A stretch of 64,000 bases of DNA, from NCBI GenBank assembly GCA_951804945.1, contig OX638158.1, positions 43,772,001 through 43,836,000 on the forward strand, in the 5' to 3' direction. How positions within the stretch are numbered: the stretch's first letter is position 1; each line of letters opens with the position of its first letter. The DNA is from Podarcis cretensis (lineage: Eukaryota). The position numbers were made by a program, and so were the translations under genes. Shown here piece by piece: positions 1 through 12,429 of the stretch. The notes beneath the pieces are model-generated. The model worked only from the letters and a program-made list of their open reading frames with translations, was not told the origin of the DNA and made no database searches.

Positions 1-2743
1 TTCCCTACTTATTCTGCCCAAACCATATTAAAACAGCTTTTGGTTTTGGCCAACTTCATTTTCAGACAGGTAACACTTCATCACATTCCTTAAAATATTA
101 TTCTTTTAGTGCCTTAGGGTTATATCTCATCCACTTGCCACATTCCTCCCTTGCTGACATGGGTGTTGGCCATGTCCACAGGTGACTACGTGTTTCGTGG
201 GAAAGAGACTTTATGGAAGTACATCTGCATACAGATAGGGCTGCGTCATTTGGAACCTTGGCCAGTCAGGGATCGCAGTTGGAGGGAGGAGTCCTATGCA
301 CACACACCTCTATTTTTGCAGGATCCTTTTTTTACTAAGACTGAACTTGTTGCTGCTGGAGGTTATGTCCAGTTTTCACATTGGTATATGAAGGGCATGA
401 CTACTGTGTATCTTTCTGCCACCCCCTCATGCATATGTTGAATGCATTTTTGCAAACACCCCTCTCTTAGCACAGCCTTAGATGTGATAAAATCAGGGAT
501 TGCTCCAGTAACTCAATACTGACGTTGCTAGACTCCACAAAGAGGCCCACACAATGGTCATGCTGGTTTGCCTTGCGGATGCCATGGCTTAGTTGCACAT
601 TGGTGAGCATCTGACTATAACTGACCCATCGCAGAACGCAGATCACACAGGTCAGTTGACTCAGAAAGCAATTATTCAAAGAAAGGAAGCAGCGAGAAGC
701 AGCAAATTGTATTAGCTGATTTGCCACCTGAATAGTTTTTCCCCCCATGGACAGAACAATCACAAAGCTTAGCCAGTTTTTATTGCGGCATAATTATGCA
801 TAGCATAATTGTATGTAGCAAGGCATTTGTCTCCAAAAAGCCTCTGTGCTCTTGTTGAAGCTCATAACTCCTGACTTACTTTTAATCCTTCTGCCCCTAG
901 TAAGTCGACTGTTAGCATGCGTTTGCAACAACATATTATAAGTCTCCGCAGAAGATAGGCAATATTAATTATTAAAGTCAAACATAAGCCTTCAGAGCAT
1001 AACAAATCATTTTAATAAAGTAAGTAATCATTCACTTTGGCTGATGAAGATAAGCCTCACATTTAGTGGGAACTCAGACACCTTTAGCAGGAGGTAAATT
1101 TTGCCAAGTCAGCAAGTATGAAATGGTTTCTCAGGGACAGTGTTCCAGAGAATTATTTTCTGCTGTGTTCTGCTTTGTGACAGAAATTTGACTGATACTA
1201 AAAGAACAGAAATCCCCTAAAGCTCAGATTGGATTCTTGCTGTCTTCCGATGGCTATTTCAGTGCTATTTTATTATTTTATTCCATTTATATTACGCTGT
1301 TCTTCCTGGAAGGTACAATATGTTTTTAAGCTGGCAGAGAATTAGTGCAGGCTGCCCTAAATTTGTGGCTTTTAAGGCAGAAAGCCCCCCCCCAGATTTT
1401 CAGTACTGAGGAGTTCTAATAAATCTGGGGTCCACAGTGTGGCCCCTGTAGGCATCTGTGCTCACCAAGGTTTTCCTTGGCAGCTGCAAGAGGACCTGAA
1501 CCATTGAAACAAAATATGGGTTTCCGAAAGCTTCTTTCCCCACCTGCTACTTTCCATGGTCAGAACACTTCCTCCTTGTCCTCTGGCCTTTGCATAGAGT
1601 TTAATCACACCCACTGTGCCTCTGATTGGACATCATCCTTTTATTTCTCAATGCCAGCCAGAGTGAGAGGAGACGGTGTCTATTTCTGAGTGGGATTCGG
1701 TGACATGCCCGCAAATTCAGGTTGTACAATTAAAGTTCACTTGGAGACCGTACACAAGGAACCAGCTTCCCAAAAAGATCAGACTTTTTGCAATAAGGGA
1801 AGTGATGGGGAAATGCCGTGGAAATTGTGGGATAATGCTTGCTTGACTCGGCATCATCTAACCTCCCTGCTATCAAAGCTGAAAGAATGCTAATGAAATA
1901 ACACGCATCCAATCTGTCTGCAAACAGATCAGGATGAATGCTCAAACAGGTTGTCTGGAAAGTGTTGTAGCATGTTGACAAGACAATTGCATATCCATTG
2001 CATTAGAGAACAGCCTGGTTAATTCATGAGCATGTGAAAAAGGCAGGTGAGTTCAACATCTGATACTTTCAAGGAGTATAAGAAGGTGGAGGCAGGCAGG
2101 GCCAGGCCTGCTTCCCATGGCAGAGATTTGTGCGTATGTTTTCTTTTGATTGCGTTTTGTTCTAAGGAAAAGGGCTTTGTCAGGACAAGCTGACAGGGTC
2201 TTCTTAAATATGGGATTTGGGTTTCATTATTTTTTAAAGAAGAACTGCTCTCTGTGGTTCTGGTAAATAAAACTGTATGATGGGTAGAGTTTCTGATTTA
2301 CTCAAAAATCAATATTCTTTTTCGACTGAAGATGCTGGAATTATCTTCTTTCCTAACAGCCAGAGCAAACCGCTGGGCTCTGTGCAGGTGTGAGACAGGA
2401 AGTAATTATCAACAGCAGCCGCCATGCAGAGATAAAAAGAAAATAAAGATTCTAAGCACCATAGGACTGTTAACCTGTTCTGAGTCAAATTGCTTCCCTT
2501 GTGATGTTGCAGCTGACTACTGCAATGTCAGGATGTTAAAACAAAGTACTGACATTACTGAGGATCCATACAATTCAGCTTCTTTGCTTGTGGTTATGTT
2601 CAGAGAGAGAGAGAAGTCAGTTTGTTCATTGGGAGATGCGCTAGAAATAGTAATTGCAAACATACTGTCACAAAAGTTGGGTGCCACACCCACTCTCTGC
2701 CGAGGGGTCCAGGCGCTCACCTAGGGTCTGTGTTCCTTTGGAA

Positions 2744-3601
2744 CAGTGTTTATCAACCTTTCCCCCCCAACTGTGGCCCCCTTCTGATCTTGTTTCCTTC
2801 CTGTAGCCCCCCCCCCTTACCGGTAGAAAGGTAGCTATTTTAATGTTTTGTTTGTAAATAGAAGATGTTTTATTTATCATTTTAAAAATAATTTCTACAA
2901 AATACAATTACATAAAAATTTATACTTTAAGTATTTCTCGATCAATGCGACTCTTGTGCTTGATGACCAGAAAAAAGCTTTGTTTTATATATCCGATTCT
3001 ATTGTTGTAAGAGATAACTGAAGATCACCTCAGTCCATTATGTTAAGGCGATTCCGCGTTAGGCTGAGTAAATAATTCACACAACTGAAACCTGATTTTA
3101 CCAAATACGAAGTAGGAAATGCCATGAAAAACACTTTTGCTTTATCCCACAGATGTGGAAACGTTTTAGATATTGTACTCTTTATCCAAAAATGGTCTGC
3201 AGCAACATACAACTGTATCTCCTTTCTCAGTAATACTTGCATGAAGAAACAGCACCCCACACACTAACACTGTTTCAGCCACACACCTTGCCCATGATGA
3301 ACGAGAGGCAGACAGCTTAGTGTCCCCAGTGGGGGGGGGGGAGGGGGGAGGAGGCAGAAGTGATATTACCTCAAAGTGTGTGTGGCGATCCATGGTCACT
3401 TCTCTGTTCACTCTACTTCTGTTTTCTCTTTCCTTCACTTCTCTATTTTCTTTTGTCTTTTCTTGGTCACTTCTCTGTTTTCTTCACTTCTCACTTCTTT
3501 CTGTGGCCCCCCCGTCTCATGCCATGCCCCCCTGCCATTTAAACAATTTTTACCTGTGGCCCCCGTGGAATATCCTGGGGGCTTTCGGATGAGAAACGCT
3601 G
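2744..3601 (-). mobile_element. Internally deleted hAT (Buster/Charlie-type) DNA transposon with a transposase C-terminal remnant
   Basis: Termini CAGTGTTTATC...GAGAAACGCTG with 8-bp TSD CTTTGGAA (2736-2743) / CTTTGGAG (3602-3609). Minus strand ~2943-3215 reads FWIKSTISKTFPHLWDKAKVFFMAFPTSYLVKSGFS...RNRLNIMD*GDLQLSLTTIESDI/KLFSGHQAQESH*, matching the Buster-family dimerisation-domain pattern with stops and a frameshift. Confidence 0.85.
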
Positions 3602-4417
3602 CTTTGGAGAATTGAGACATGGCATGGATTGTCGTAGCTTTAAGAAATATGGCTTATTCACCTATTTACACCTTCAGTCCGCATGGAGTTCAGATCTTAC
3701 TGCACGGTCATTTCAAGAGAGGCTTGTCCCCCACAGCCATGGAGCCCAAGGCATCTCTCCCAGCCAGCCTTCAGCCAGTCTGCCCAAGATGGATCCCAGT
3801 CTTGTTTCTCCCTCCTTCCAAGAATATCTTGCTCAAAAACTTCCTTTCCCTTTCACTTCAAACACACACCTCATCACCTTGGTAACATCTGTCTCCCCAG
3901 GCCAAAGGATTCCTCTTGGATGGCCCATCAACAGATTTGCTCTTCACTTGGCCAGCCAGGCTGGTTTGCAAAAGCCAGCCAAGGAATTCCTTGTCTAGCA
4001 CAGCTCTGCAGCTTATACTTTCATCCATATCCCAATGAATCAAAATCCTATCATTTATTAATTTCTAGGGTTTAGGGGATACCTCTGTTATGGAAATTAC
4101 AGGGGGGGCACATCTTTAAAGTTGTTAAATGTTACAAATATTATGCCTTAATGTATCCTTTCGACTTGACAGCTATGAGAAGATACCTAGCTTTAAAAAT
4201 CATATAAAATCAACTCCTTTGCCAGTTTCTTCCATTCCAATGTTATTTTGCCCTTGAAAAAAGGACTCCAGGAAGTGCCCAGAGGTGACAATTGCTGAGC
4301 TGATTGTTGGCCAAGGAAAGCCTAATCCCATCAGCAGACTTGCCCCAGGGGTCCAGACATGCAAAGGAAGTTCTATTGTACTTTGGGTGGTAGGATTTCA
4401 GAGGTGTTTGCCTATGC

Positions 4418-4669
4418 CAGGCATGACCAAAAGGTAGATCATGTTCTACTGGTAGACTGCAGGGTGCTCCTAGTAGATCCTGGTTGATCTCTGGCCCCTC
4501 AGCAATCTCTTTACAAAAAGGAAAAAAACCCCACCAACTTTGGCTTACTAAAAAAAGCTCCACAACTTTGGGTAGATCACTGCCAGTCTTTTTATGACAA
4601 AGGGTAGATCACTGCCAGTTTTGTTATACTGTGAGTAGATCACAGTCTGTTGGGAGTTGGACGTCCCTG
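4418..4669. mobile_element. Non-autonomous hAT MITE
   Basis: CAGG...CCTG termini, perfect 8-bp TSD GCCTATGC (4410-4417 / 4670-4677), repeated internal GTAGATC motifs. Confidence 0.8.
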
Positions 4670-5146
4670 GCCTATGCTAATCTTATACCTGGGTTTTGCC
4701 CTGACATGTCTGCTTATGCTAATCTTGTACCAAGGACTTGTTTGGACATGTTTGCCGAGGTTGAACTAGTGTAACCCCTGTCTGCCCCACCCCTTTTGTG
4801 ACATATCAGTGATGTAGCAGTGATGCTGTACGAACTGTATTCTGGGATATGGTGGGAAAGTTTTAAAAGTAAATGTCGCCCCATGCTCGGGGTTCTTACT
4901 GCTATTTGAACCTGCTGCGCAGCAATAAAGGATCCAAGTCTACTGACTGCTGTTTTGCTCCAAATTACTTGGCTGGAATTTCCTTCTTTTACTGACCGCA
5001 TGGAGCCGCAGAAGACTTGTGCCCCAATGAACTGGGCTGTTGAGTAGTGACTCAACCCAGAAATTTCTTTAACACCCCCAAATGTATAACAACACACACA
5101 CCAAAGGTAATGACTGAAGAAATAATTGACATGGATTTTGAGGCTT

Positions 5147-5271
5147 TGCCAACCTGGTGCCCTCCAGATGTTTTGGCCTATAACTTACCTCAGTTTCAGA
5201 CAGGACAGCCATGCTGGCTGGGGCTGATGGGAGTTGTAGTCCAAAACATCTGGAGAGCACCAGGTTGGCAA
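5147..5271. mobile_element. Short palindromic MITE-like repeat (related fragments ~16110-16170 and ~50760-50835)
   Basis: Inverted arms TGCCAACCTGGTGC-CTCCAGATGTTTTGG / CCAAAACATCTGGAG-GCACCAGGTTGGCA. Confidence 0.65.
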
Positions 5272-5397
5272 TGGCTGAAGTTTATATTAAAGAGAGCTTT
5301 ACATTACAGATGCCTCCTGATTCCAGGAGCTATTTCTCATAGATCAAATTAACTAAGAGCATTATATGATAAAACATTGACTGCACTGGTGTTACAT

Positions 5398-5769
5398 GGA
5401 TGCGGATGGCGCTGTGATCTAAACCACTGAGTCTCTTGGGCTTGCTGATTGGAAGATCAGCGGTTCAAATCCGCACGACGGGGTGAGCTCCCGTTGCTCT
5501 GTCCCAGCTTCTGCCAACCTTTGAAAGCATACCAGTGCAAGTAGATAAATAGGTACCACTGTGGTGGGAAGGTAAACGGCGTTTCCATGTGCTCTAGCAC
5601 TTGTCATGGTCCTCCATGCACCAGTAGTTGTTTAGTCATGCTGCCCACAAGACCTGGAAAGCTGTCTGTGGACAAATGCCAGCTCCCTTGGCTTGAAAGT
5701 GGAGATTAGTGTTGCACACGATAGTCGCCTTTGACTGGACTTAACTGTCCAGGGGTCCTTTACCTTTAC
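5398..5769 (+). mobile_element. Sauria SINE
   Basis: tRNA-like head (TGGCGCTGTG...GGTTCAAATCC), core GCAAGTAGATAAATAGGTACC, (ACCTTT)-type tail. Confidence 0.9.
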
Positions 5770-7235
5770 AGTGACATGAAAGTATAAAGCTAGGGCAGAG
5801 GCCTCTTATGTAACATCCCCTACACTTTTCAGGCATTATTATTGTATTGTACACTTGATCCATAGATCTCACAGCATAATATGACTGTTGGAGTCATTGA
5901 GTTTGTTGCAGTTCTGTGCTGGGTCAGTATCAATTCACAGTGGCACCATAGGCAGACACAGTTTCCTGGACATAACGGGAAACTGTGTTTAATTGAAGAC
6001 AATGTGTTAATTGTGACATACTGTGATGGGAGGAGGAAAGTGGCTCCGTAAGACTACCAGAAGTGTTATGTCATGCAGGGACTTATCTGAGGCAAGACCA
6101 CCAAACTCCTGAATAGATGCTCAGGATTGTGCAGTAAAAGGGAAATATATATGATTAATCTCATTTCTTTATAGAAATAGTTTCTAGACTCTGATGCTCC
6201 TAGATTTAGTTCCTAGATTTTGATGCAATATAAATTGCATGGCTAGTGGTCTAGCTTGGTCCTATTTAGATAAACTCTCTGGGAAAGCGCTATTGGCACC
6301 AATCAGTCTGAAATCCTTCTGTGTGGAGTTGAGTTCATTGTCCTTATGAGGCATCTCTTGTTTACACAAGATTCTTTTTGAAATGACATTGTAAATGCAT
6401 GCCACTGGGTCATCTGACATGTTATATCTTGTTAGGTTCTATTTCTGGGCTGCCCCTTGCTTCTTGCTGTGGGAATGTTTTTCCCCCACAAACATTTGTA
6501 GGCAATAGCCTACTTTATTAGATACCTTTTACTAGGGGTATGCAAAACCCTTTCTATATATTGGGCATTTTCCTAATCCATGTTATTGACTTGATGCCCT
6601 GATTCAGTGATCTTTTTACAGAAACTTTGGCATTTACACATACACAGAGCTCTGCCACCCATAATCAAGGAAAAAATTGCAAAATGTAGCAAAGGGGGGG
6701 TATACACAATTTTGTATACTCTCGCAAAACCCTTTTTTCCTAGAACTGAAATACAAAGTTCATACCGTATAATTGAGTGTATTGTTATGAGTTTTGTTTG
6801 GGTGAGGGGTGTAGGCTGTATGTTTGAACCCCTTTCTAATTCCTGGATCTAGCATGGATTCAATTACTGGACTAGCCAGGCTAGCGAGGTATGAGGTGAG
6901 GTATGGTGGCAAACTTGCAAACTGATAGAGCAAGTCTGTGAGAGGCATATCAAGCTCTTCTTGGGGGTTGGGAAGCCGGTAAAAATGTATAGAAAAGAAA
7001 ATAAGAGAAAGCTGTGCATGTATTTATGTTTGCAACATACACTGCTGGAGGGAATGAATATTTTCAAACAGCTGGATTCTAGCCAGCAAAGTTCAATACA
7101 GAGGTAACTGTGGCTCATATTAATATTAAACAGATGCCGTTTGAAGCAGGCTTCATTATTTTGAACCAGTCCGTTGAATGTTATTGCTTTCAGCATCCTT
7201 CTCTATTAACTGATGAAATGCCAGGAACAATAATA

Positions 7236-7661
7236 GAGTCATAGAGTGGGAAGGGACCCTAATGTCCAACCCCCACAATGCAGGAATCTCAACTAAAGCA
7301 TCAATGACAGGTGGCCATCCACCCTGTGCTTAAAAATTTCCAATGAAGGAGAATCTGCCACCTCCCGAGGGAGTCCGTTCCACTGTCAAACAGGTCTTAC
7401 TGTTAGAAAGTTCTTTCTGATGTTTAGTGGGAATCTCCTTTCTTGTAACTTGAACCCATTGGATCAAGTCCTACCTTCCAGAGCAGGAGAAAACAAGTTT
7501 ACTCCATCTTCCATATGATAGCCCTTAAGATATCTGAAGATAGCAATTGTATCTCCTCTCAGTCTCCTCTTTTCCAGGATAAACGTACCAAGCTCCTTCA
7601 ACCGTTCCTCATAGGGCTTGGTTTCCAGGCCCTTGATCATCTTGGTCACCTTTCTCTGCAC
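7236..7661 (-). mobile_element. CR1 LINE 3' fragment
   Basis: Minus ORF 7464-7661 [34 protein letters not shown] is the CR1 ORF2 C-terminus. CR1-type 3' UTR and tail follow. Confidence 0.9.
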
Positions 7662-8465
7662 ACTGTATCATTAACTGAAGTTTTAGAAGTCTCCCAAATT
7701 CTTTCCCACAGGACATCCATCACTTGCCAATCTGTTCAAGTTTTCCGACTTCAAACATTCGCAGTACATAGACTGTGAGTGCTTCTGAATGGGAGCGTAA
7801 TACTGCAGGCGGGTTGTTCAGACATCACAAACAGGTATCTGGCAACAGTCGCTCCCCAACTTATTGGCTTTTATTGTGGTAAAGGTAAATCTGGATTAAA
7901 AGGGAGGAAAATGTGAGCTGGCATTTTGATGCTTGCAATGTGTGTATTCTGCAAAATCTTGCATGCATGAGCAGCCCCAGTCCCACAATAAAAGCCTATC
8001 TGGAAGCAACCTATGAATGAAAAACAAACAACAGGCGAAATCCCAAAGCTGTCACCTACACGGAATACGAATGAAGGATCATTGTTATCCTTCCTGGTAT
8101 AATCAGTTCCTGCCTTTCATCTTTCATCGTAACCTTTTGCTTCCTGTGCTTGTATAAATACTGTTATCATCTGTTTTGAGAAATCCTTCCCACACATTTA
8201 AATGTGGCTGTGTAATACCCCAGGCAGCAATAGAGACACCAGGACCAACAGAAAGCTGCCCAGACTGTTATTGCTGTTATTGAAAGTGACTGCTTGATGT
8301 AGCAGATATGAAGTATCACCAGAAAATGTTCTGAAAAAGCCAGCTAGGAAACAATTGCACTCAAGAAGTGCTAATCAGGTTCAGGGAGGGAACTTCATCT
8401 CCAGAAAGCTACAGTTCTTTGTTGATAAATCAGAGCCAAAGTCTGACTAATGTTTTTCTCAGAAT

Positions 8466-8662
8466 NNNNNNNNNNNNNNNNNNNNNNNNNNNNNNNNNNN
8501 NNNNNNNNNNNNNNNNNNNNNNNNNNNNNNNNNNNNNNNNNNNNNNNNNNNNNNNNNNNNNNNNNNNNNNNNNNNNNNNNNNNNNNNNNNNNNNNNNNNN
8601 NNNNNNNNNNNNNNNNNNNNNNNNNNNNNNNNNNNNNNNNNNNNNNNNNNNNNNNNNNNNNN
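8466..8662. other. Assembly gap (197 N)
   Basis: Run of N. Confidence 1.
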
Positions 8663-8807
8663 AGGTCTTGTTGCCCCAAACAATGCTGTACAGGCTTCAT
8701 GTCTCTGCAGAACCCACAGAAAAATAACTTGCATGGTTGAATTATGGATCTTTAATATTGCTAACTGCAAGTAATAGTGCTAGTGAGCTGGCTATTTATG
8801 CCTAAAT

Positions 8808-9083
8808 CAGGGGTGTCCAAACTTTTTTCAAAGATGGCCATATTTGATGAAGTGAACATGCATGAGGGCTGACCAAAGTTTTTGACCTTTTTTGGGGATT
8901 AAAACTGTTGAAGTATTTTAGGGATTCCCCCCCTAAGTTGCTGACCTTTTTTTTAGTATTGAAGTTGTTGAGTTGTTGACCATCTTTTAGGATTTTACCC
9001 CAGGAAATAAACTGCCACAGGGGTTGGATTAAATAGACCGGCGGGCCGGATTAGGCTCCTGAGCTGGACTTTGGGCATGCCTG
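8808..9083. mobile_element. hAT MITE at the edge of a CR1 fragment
   Basis: TIR CAGGGGTGTCCAAA / TTTGGGCATGCCTG. TSD GCCTAAAT (8800-8807) / GCCTAAGT (9084-9091). Confidence 0.8.
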
Positions 9084-9330
9084 GCCTAAGTGTAGAACCT
9101 TATATTTGTCTCTATTGAAATTCATTTTTCTAGTTTGGGCCCAGTTCTCTAATCTGTCAAGGTCATCTTGAATTCCAAATCTTTTTCTGTGGCATTAGCT
9201 ACCTCTTCCAATTTTGGTGCCATCTGCCAATTTGATTTGCATCCCTTCAATTCCTTTGTCCAAGTTCATTGAACAACAATGGGCCTAGAACAGAACAGGA
9301 CACTCTTTCCCAGGATGATGAGGAACCAGT
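9084..9330 (-). mobile_element. Degenerate CR1 reverse-transcriptase fragment
   Basis: Minus strand reads GMQIKLADGTKIGRG (a decayed FADDTKLGG), followed by an MKFN-like region. Confidence 0.7.
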
Positions 9331-9694
9331 TTTCATTGATTCTCACTTACTTACTACAACCATCTGCACCATATCCAATACTGCTCAAGTTCTCATGGAG
9401 TTTTTGGGATGTGCAGGGATCTGCAGATAATGGGAGGACTGGCAGAAAAAAATGTGTCCTGCTTTCTGCTTATGTAAGGTCACCATATAAATGGTGTAAA
9501 TGTCATTATGACACTTCTGTCCTTTTTTATCATAGCAACTGATGATGATGGTGATGATGATGATGATTTTGTGGGGGGAAAGGGTAAGTTGTGCAATACT
9601 GCCAAATCAACTGTAATTCTGCAATCTGAATTTGCTGTCTGAATCCCAGCCGAAAATGTTAACTGTCTAGAAACATCCTGTGTTCGTGCTCTTA

Positions 9695-9787
9695 AGGCTG
9701 CAATCCTATCCACACTTACCCAGGAACAATCCCCACTGAATTCAATAGGACTGACTTCTGAGTAGATATACTTAGGCTTGAACTGTA
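9695..9787. repeat. Short (~90 bp) dispersed palindromic repeat family (GCTGCAATCC...GGATTGCAGC type); other copies ~10810, 16200-16460, 18155, 30445, 39480, 41925, 45915, 60485
   Basis: Recurring motifs GCAATCCTA, ACTTACT, GTAAG(C/T)CCCACTGA and AGGATTG at several loci in the window. Confidence 0.6.
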
Positions 9788-10574
9788 TGGCTATGTACAT
9801 GCATATGTATCCATGTTTTATGATGTGCTGACAATTCAAGAATACCCAGTTATGGTTTGCAAACTGCATTTTTGGTAACTGCAGTTGGCTGTTGTGTCTG
9901 ACTTCACAAGCCATTGACAAGCCACTGTTATGGACATAGTTTGGCTCTAGGAGGCTGTTACACCACAGAGAAAGGAGTGTGCGAGAACTTGTGAAGGTTA
10001 ATGCTGAGTCGATGGAAAATAACAGCAGGCCAAGCAGCCATGATTTGTTTATGTTGGATGCTCGTATCGTGCTGTGGGTTCTTAATTATTGTTTGAATGA
10101 ATCATGATTTGGCATGATGTCTGAATTGATCCTATGTCTTAAAAATGTGTTTACAGTACATCTAAAAGAAGAGAGTATTGGGGGCACAGCCTTTTTTTGT
10201 TTTCTGCATATGAGCTAGAATCAGTGCTTTATTTGATTAACTTGCTGCAGTAATCAGAGCAGATGCAGGAATATTGACTCCTAATCAGTGGATGGGAAGT
10301 CCTCCCTGCCAGGTAATTTTTCTGTGTGATGAACCATCACTATACTATGGGGTGGCATGCCAAAGATAAGTCTTGGGGTATGCAGCTTTGTACTGCAGAT
10401 AGAACACAGGTCCTCTCAGTGTTACTGCCTGTGACAGTCTCTGTCCTTTCTGCTCTTCATAGCGCAAGCAGTGCTTCAGTGGGATGTAGTAACCAAAGGG
10501 GATGTAGTGTGTACACTGCAAAAGCACTCCACTCCGCAAGTTATTCAGAATCAGACTGCAATTCTGTTCCACCA

Positions 10575-10713
10575 CAGATAGCTCAGTTGGTTAGAGCGTG
10601 GTGCTGATAACACCAAGGTTGGAGGTTCGATTCCCATAAGGGACAGCTGCATTTTCCTACATTGCAGGGGGTTGGACTAGATGATCCTCAGGGTCCCTTT
10701 CAACTCTGATTCT
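10575..10713 (+). mobile_element. tRNA(Ile)-like-headed SINE with CR1-type tail
   Basis: A box TAGCTCAGTTGG, anticodon-like arm GGTGCTGATAACACC, B box GGTTCGATTCC. The tail GGGTTGGACTAGATGATCCTCAGGGTCCCTTTCAACTCT matches the CR1 3' end at 7236-7290. Confidence 0.85.
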
Positions 10714-10890
10714 AGATTTAACTGCAAAATATATTGTTGTGGACCCAGCCACAGACAAGGTGAGACAAGGCAGCTGCCTCAGGCATCCTATGTTTAGGAT
10801 TTGATCCTTGCATTGCACTCTATGAGTAAGTATTACACAGAAGTAGATCTCCTTGAACTCAGCAGGACTTACTTCTGAAGAAGCATGTTT

Positions 10891-11228
10891 AAAGGTAAAG
10901 GGACCCTGACTGTTAGGTCCAGTCGCGGACGACTCTGGGGTTGCGGCGCTCATCTCGCTTTATTGGCCGAGGGAGCCGGCGTACAGCTTCTGGATCATGT
11001 GGCCAGCATGACTAAGCTGCTTCTGGAGAACCAGAGCAGCACACGGAAACGCCATTTACCTTCCCGCTGGAGTGGTACCTATTTATCTACTTGGACTTTG
11101 ACATGCTTTCAAACTGCTAGGTTGGCAGGAGCTGGGACTGAGTGATGGGAGCTCACCCCGTCGCGGGGATTCGAACTGCCGACCTTCTGATCTGCAAGCC
11201 CTAGGCTCTGTGGTTTAACCCACAGTGC
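10891..11228 (-). mobile_element. Sauria SINE
   Basis: AAAGGTAAAGGGACCCTGAC tail end, core GGTACCTATTTATCTACTTG, reverse tRNA head. Confidence 0.9.
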
Positions 11229-12429
11229 TTGCACTAATACTGGTGAACTCTCTATGATTTTAAGCATCCTTTAGTGCAATTTATAGTATATTAGATTTAG
11301 GGGTTGCTACTAATTTTGGCAAAGAAGTGCACATTATTGTCATCTCCAAACCTCAAAAGGATTTAAGTGACGCATTTTATATTGCTCCATGGCATTAATG
11401 ATTCAGGATACAGAAATATTTGTGGTAATCCTGGTTGCCAGGTTAAGTCAAATACTGTAATAGCATGAATACTAAACTGGGTATTTGTCTTCTTGACAAA
11501 TTTCAGATTCCACTTCTTGCCCTTAAAAAAGAAAAGCTCACAGTAGCACCAAACCTTAACAGCCACCTGTAATAACATCCCTTAATGCTCATGATGCTTT
11601 CCATCAAATGGTCTTCTTTTCGTTATGATCTAAGATGGGCACATATACTTTTCCACTCGTTAAAAATGATAACAGTAGAACTGTGCTACGCCAGTGAAGG
11701 CATCCATTCATCCAAATGCACAATTACACTTTATTTCTCTTTGCAGAGGAGCCAAGCAAATACATTTCCTGCCTTCCTCTTTTATATTCAGAATTTCTGT
11801 GTAATTTCTTGCCCAGGTAATTTAAACCAATGATTTAATTAAGAGTGTGACAATAAGCAACACTTCTAAGGTTAATTATTAACAGGGCATTTATTTATTT
11901 TTTGCAAGTATTTACAAAAGAGATCTGCAAAGACAGCCTCAATCACCCACACAAAACTAGCACAAAATGGAGCAGTAACTGGTCCGTGTATCAATTACAC
12001 CAAAGTTGAACTTTGTCTAATCAAATCCCAAGACCAACAGCATCTACAAAATAATTGTGTTATTCCCTAAGCTTTCTTAAACAAAAGCCCGAAGGAACTA
12101 TTGGTTTTCTCATGAAACATTTAAAATAAACGCTCTTTGTTTCAAATAAGGTGCTTTGGGTAGCTTCTTGATTTTCAGTTTCATTATGTGATATTTCAGC
12201 TTAAGCAATGACTATGGATGATATATGTAGATTCTGCTTCAAATATATACCAGGTATAGTTTCACCTCTGGCTTCTCTATCATTCCTCACATGGAGTTTA
12301 TGCAATTTGGAGAACATCAGCAATCCATTTACTGTGGAAGTGACTGGAATTGAAACTATCATCTGCAGTCTCCCTCTCTCACTTATTTTTATGTGCAGTT
12401 CCCCCCTCCCTGTTTTTTTTAAATATAAA

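Noticed and set aside
2370-2397. Possible micro-exon (TTCCTAACAG|28 nt|GTGTGA)
   Set aside because: The donor is weak, the length does not preserve frame, and the peptide is unrecognisable. It cannot be supported without RNA data.
8368-8770. ORFs containing poly-X
   Set aside because: Artefacts of the N gap.
10577-10645. Genuine tRNA-Ile gene
   Set aside because: There is no clean acceptor stem or immediate Pol III terminator. It runs into a CR1-type tail and recurs at 54766-54905, so it is a SINE head.
11747-11816. Possible 70-nt exon (CTCTTTGCAG|...CAG|GTAATT)
   Set aside because: The splice-like ends are plausible, but the content is T-rich and not coding-like and there are no partner exons.
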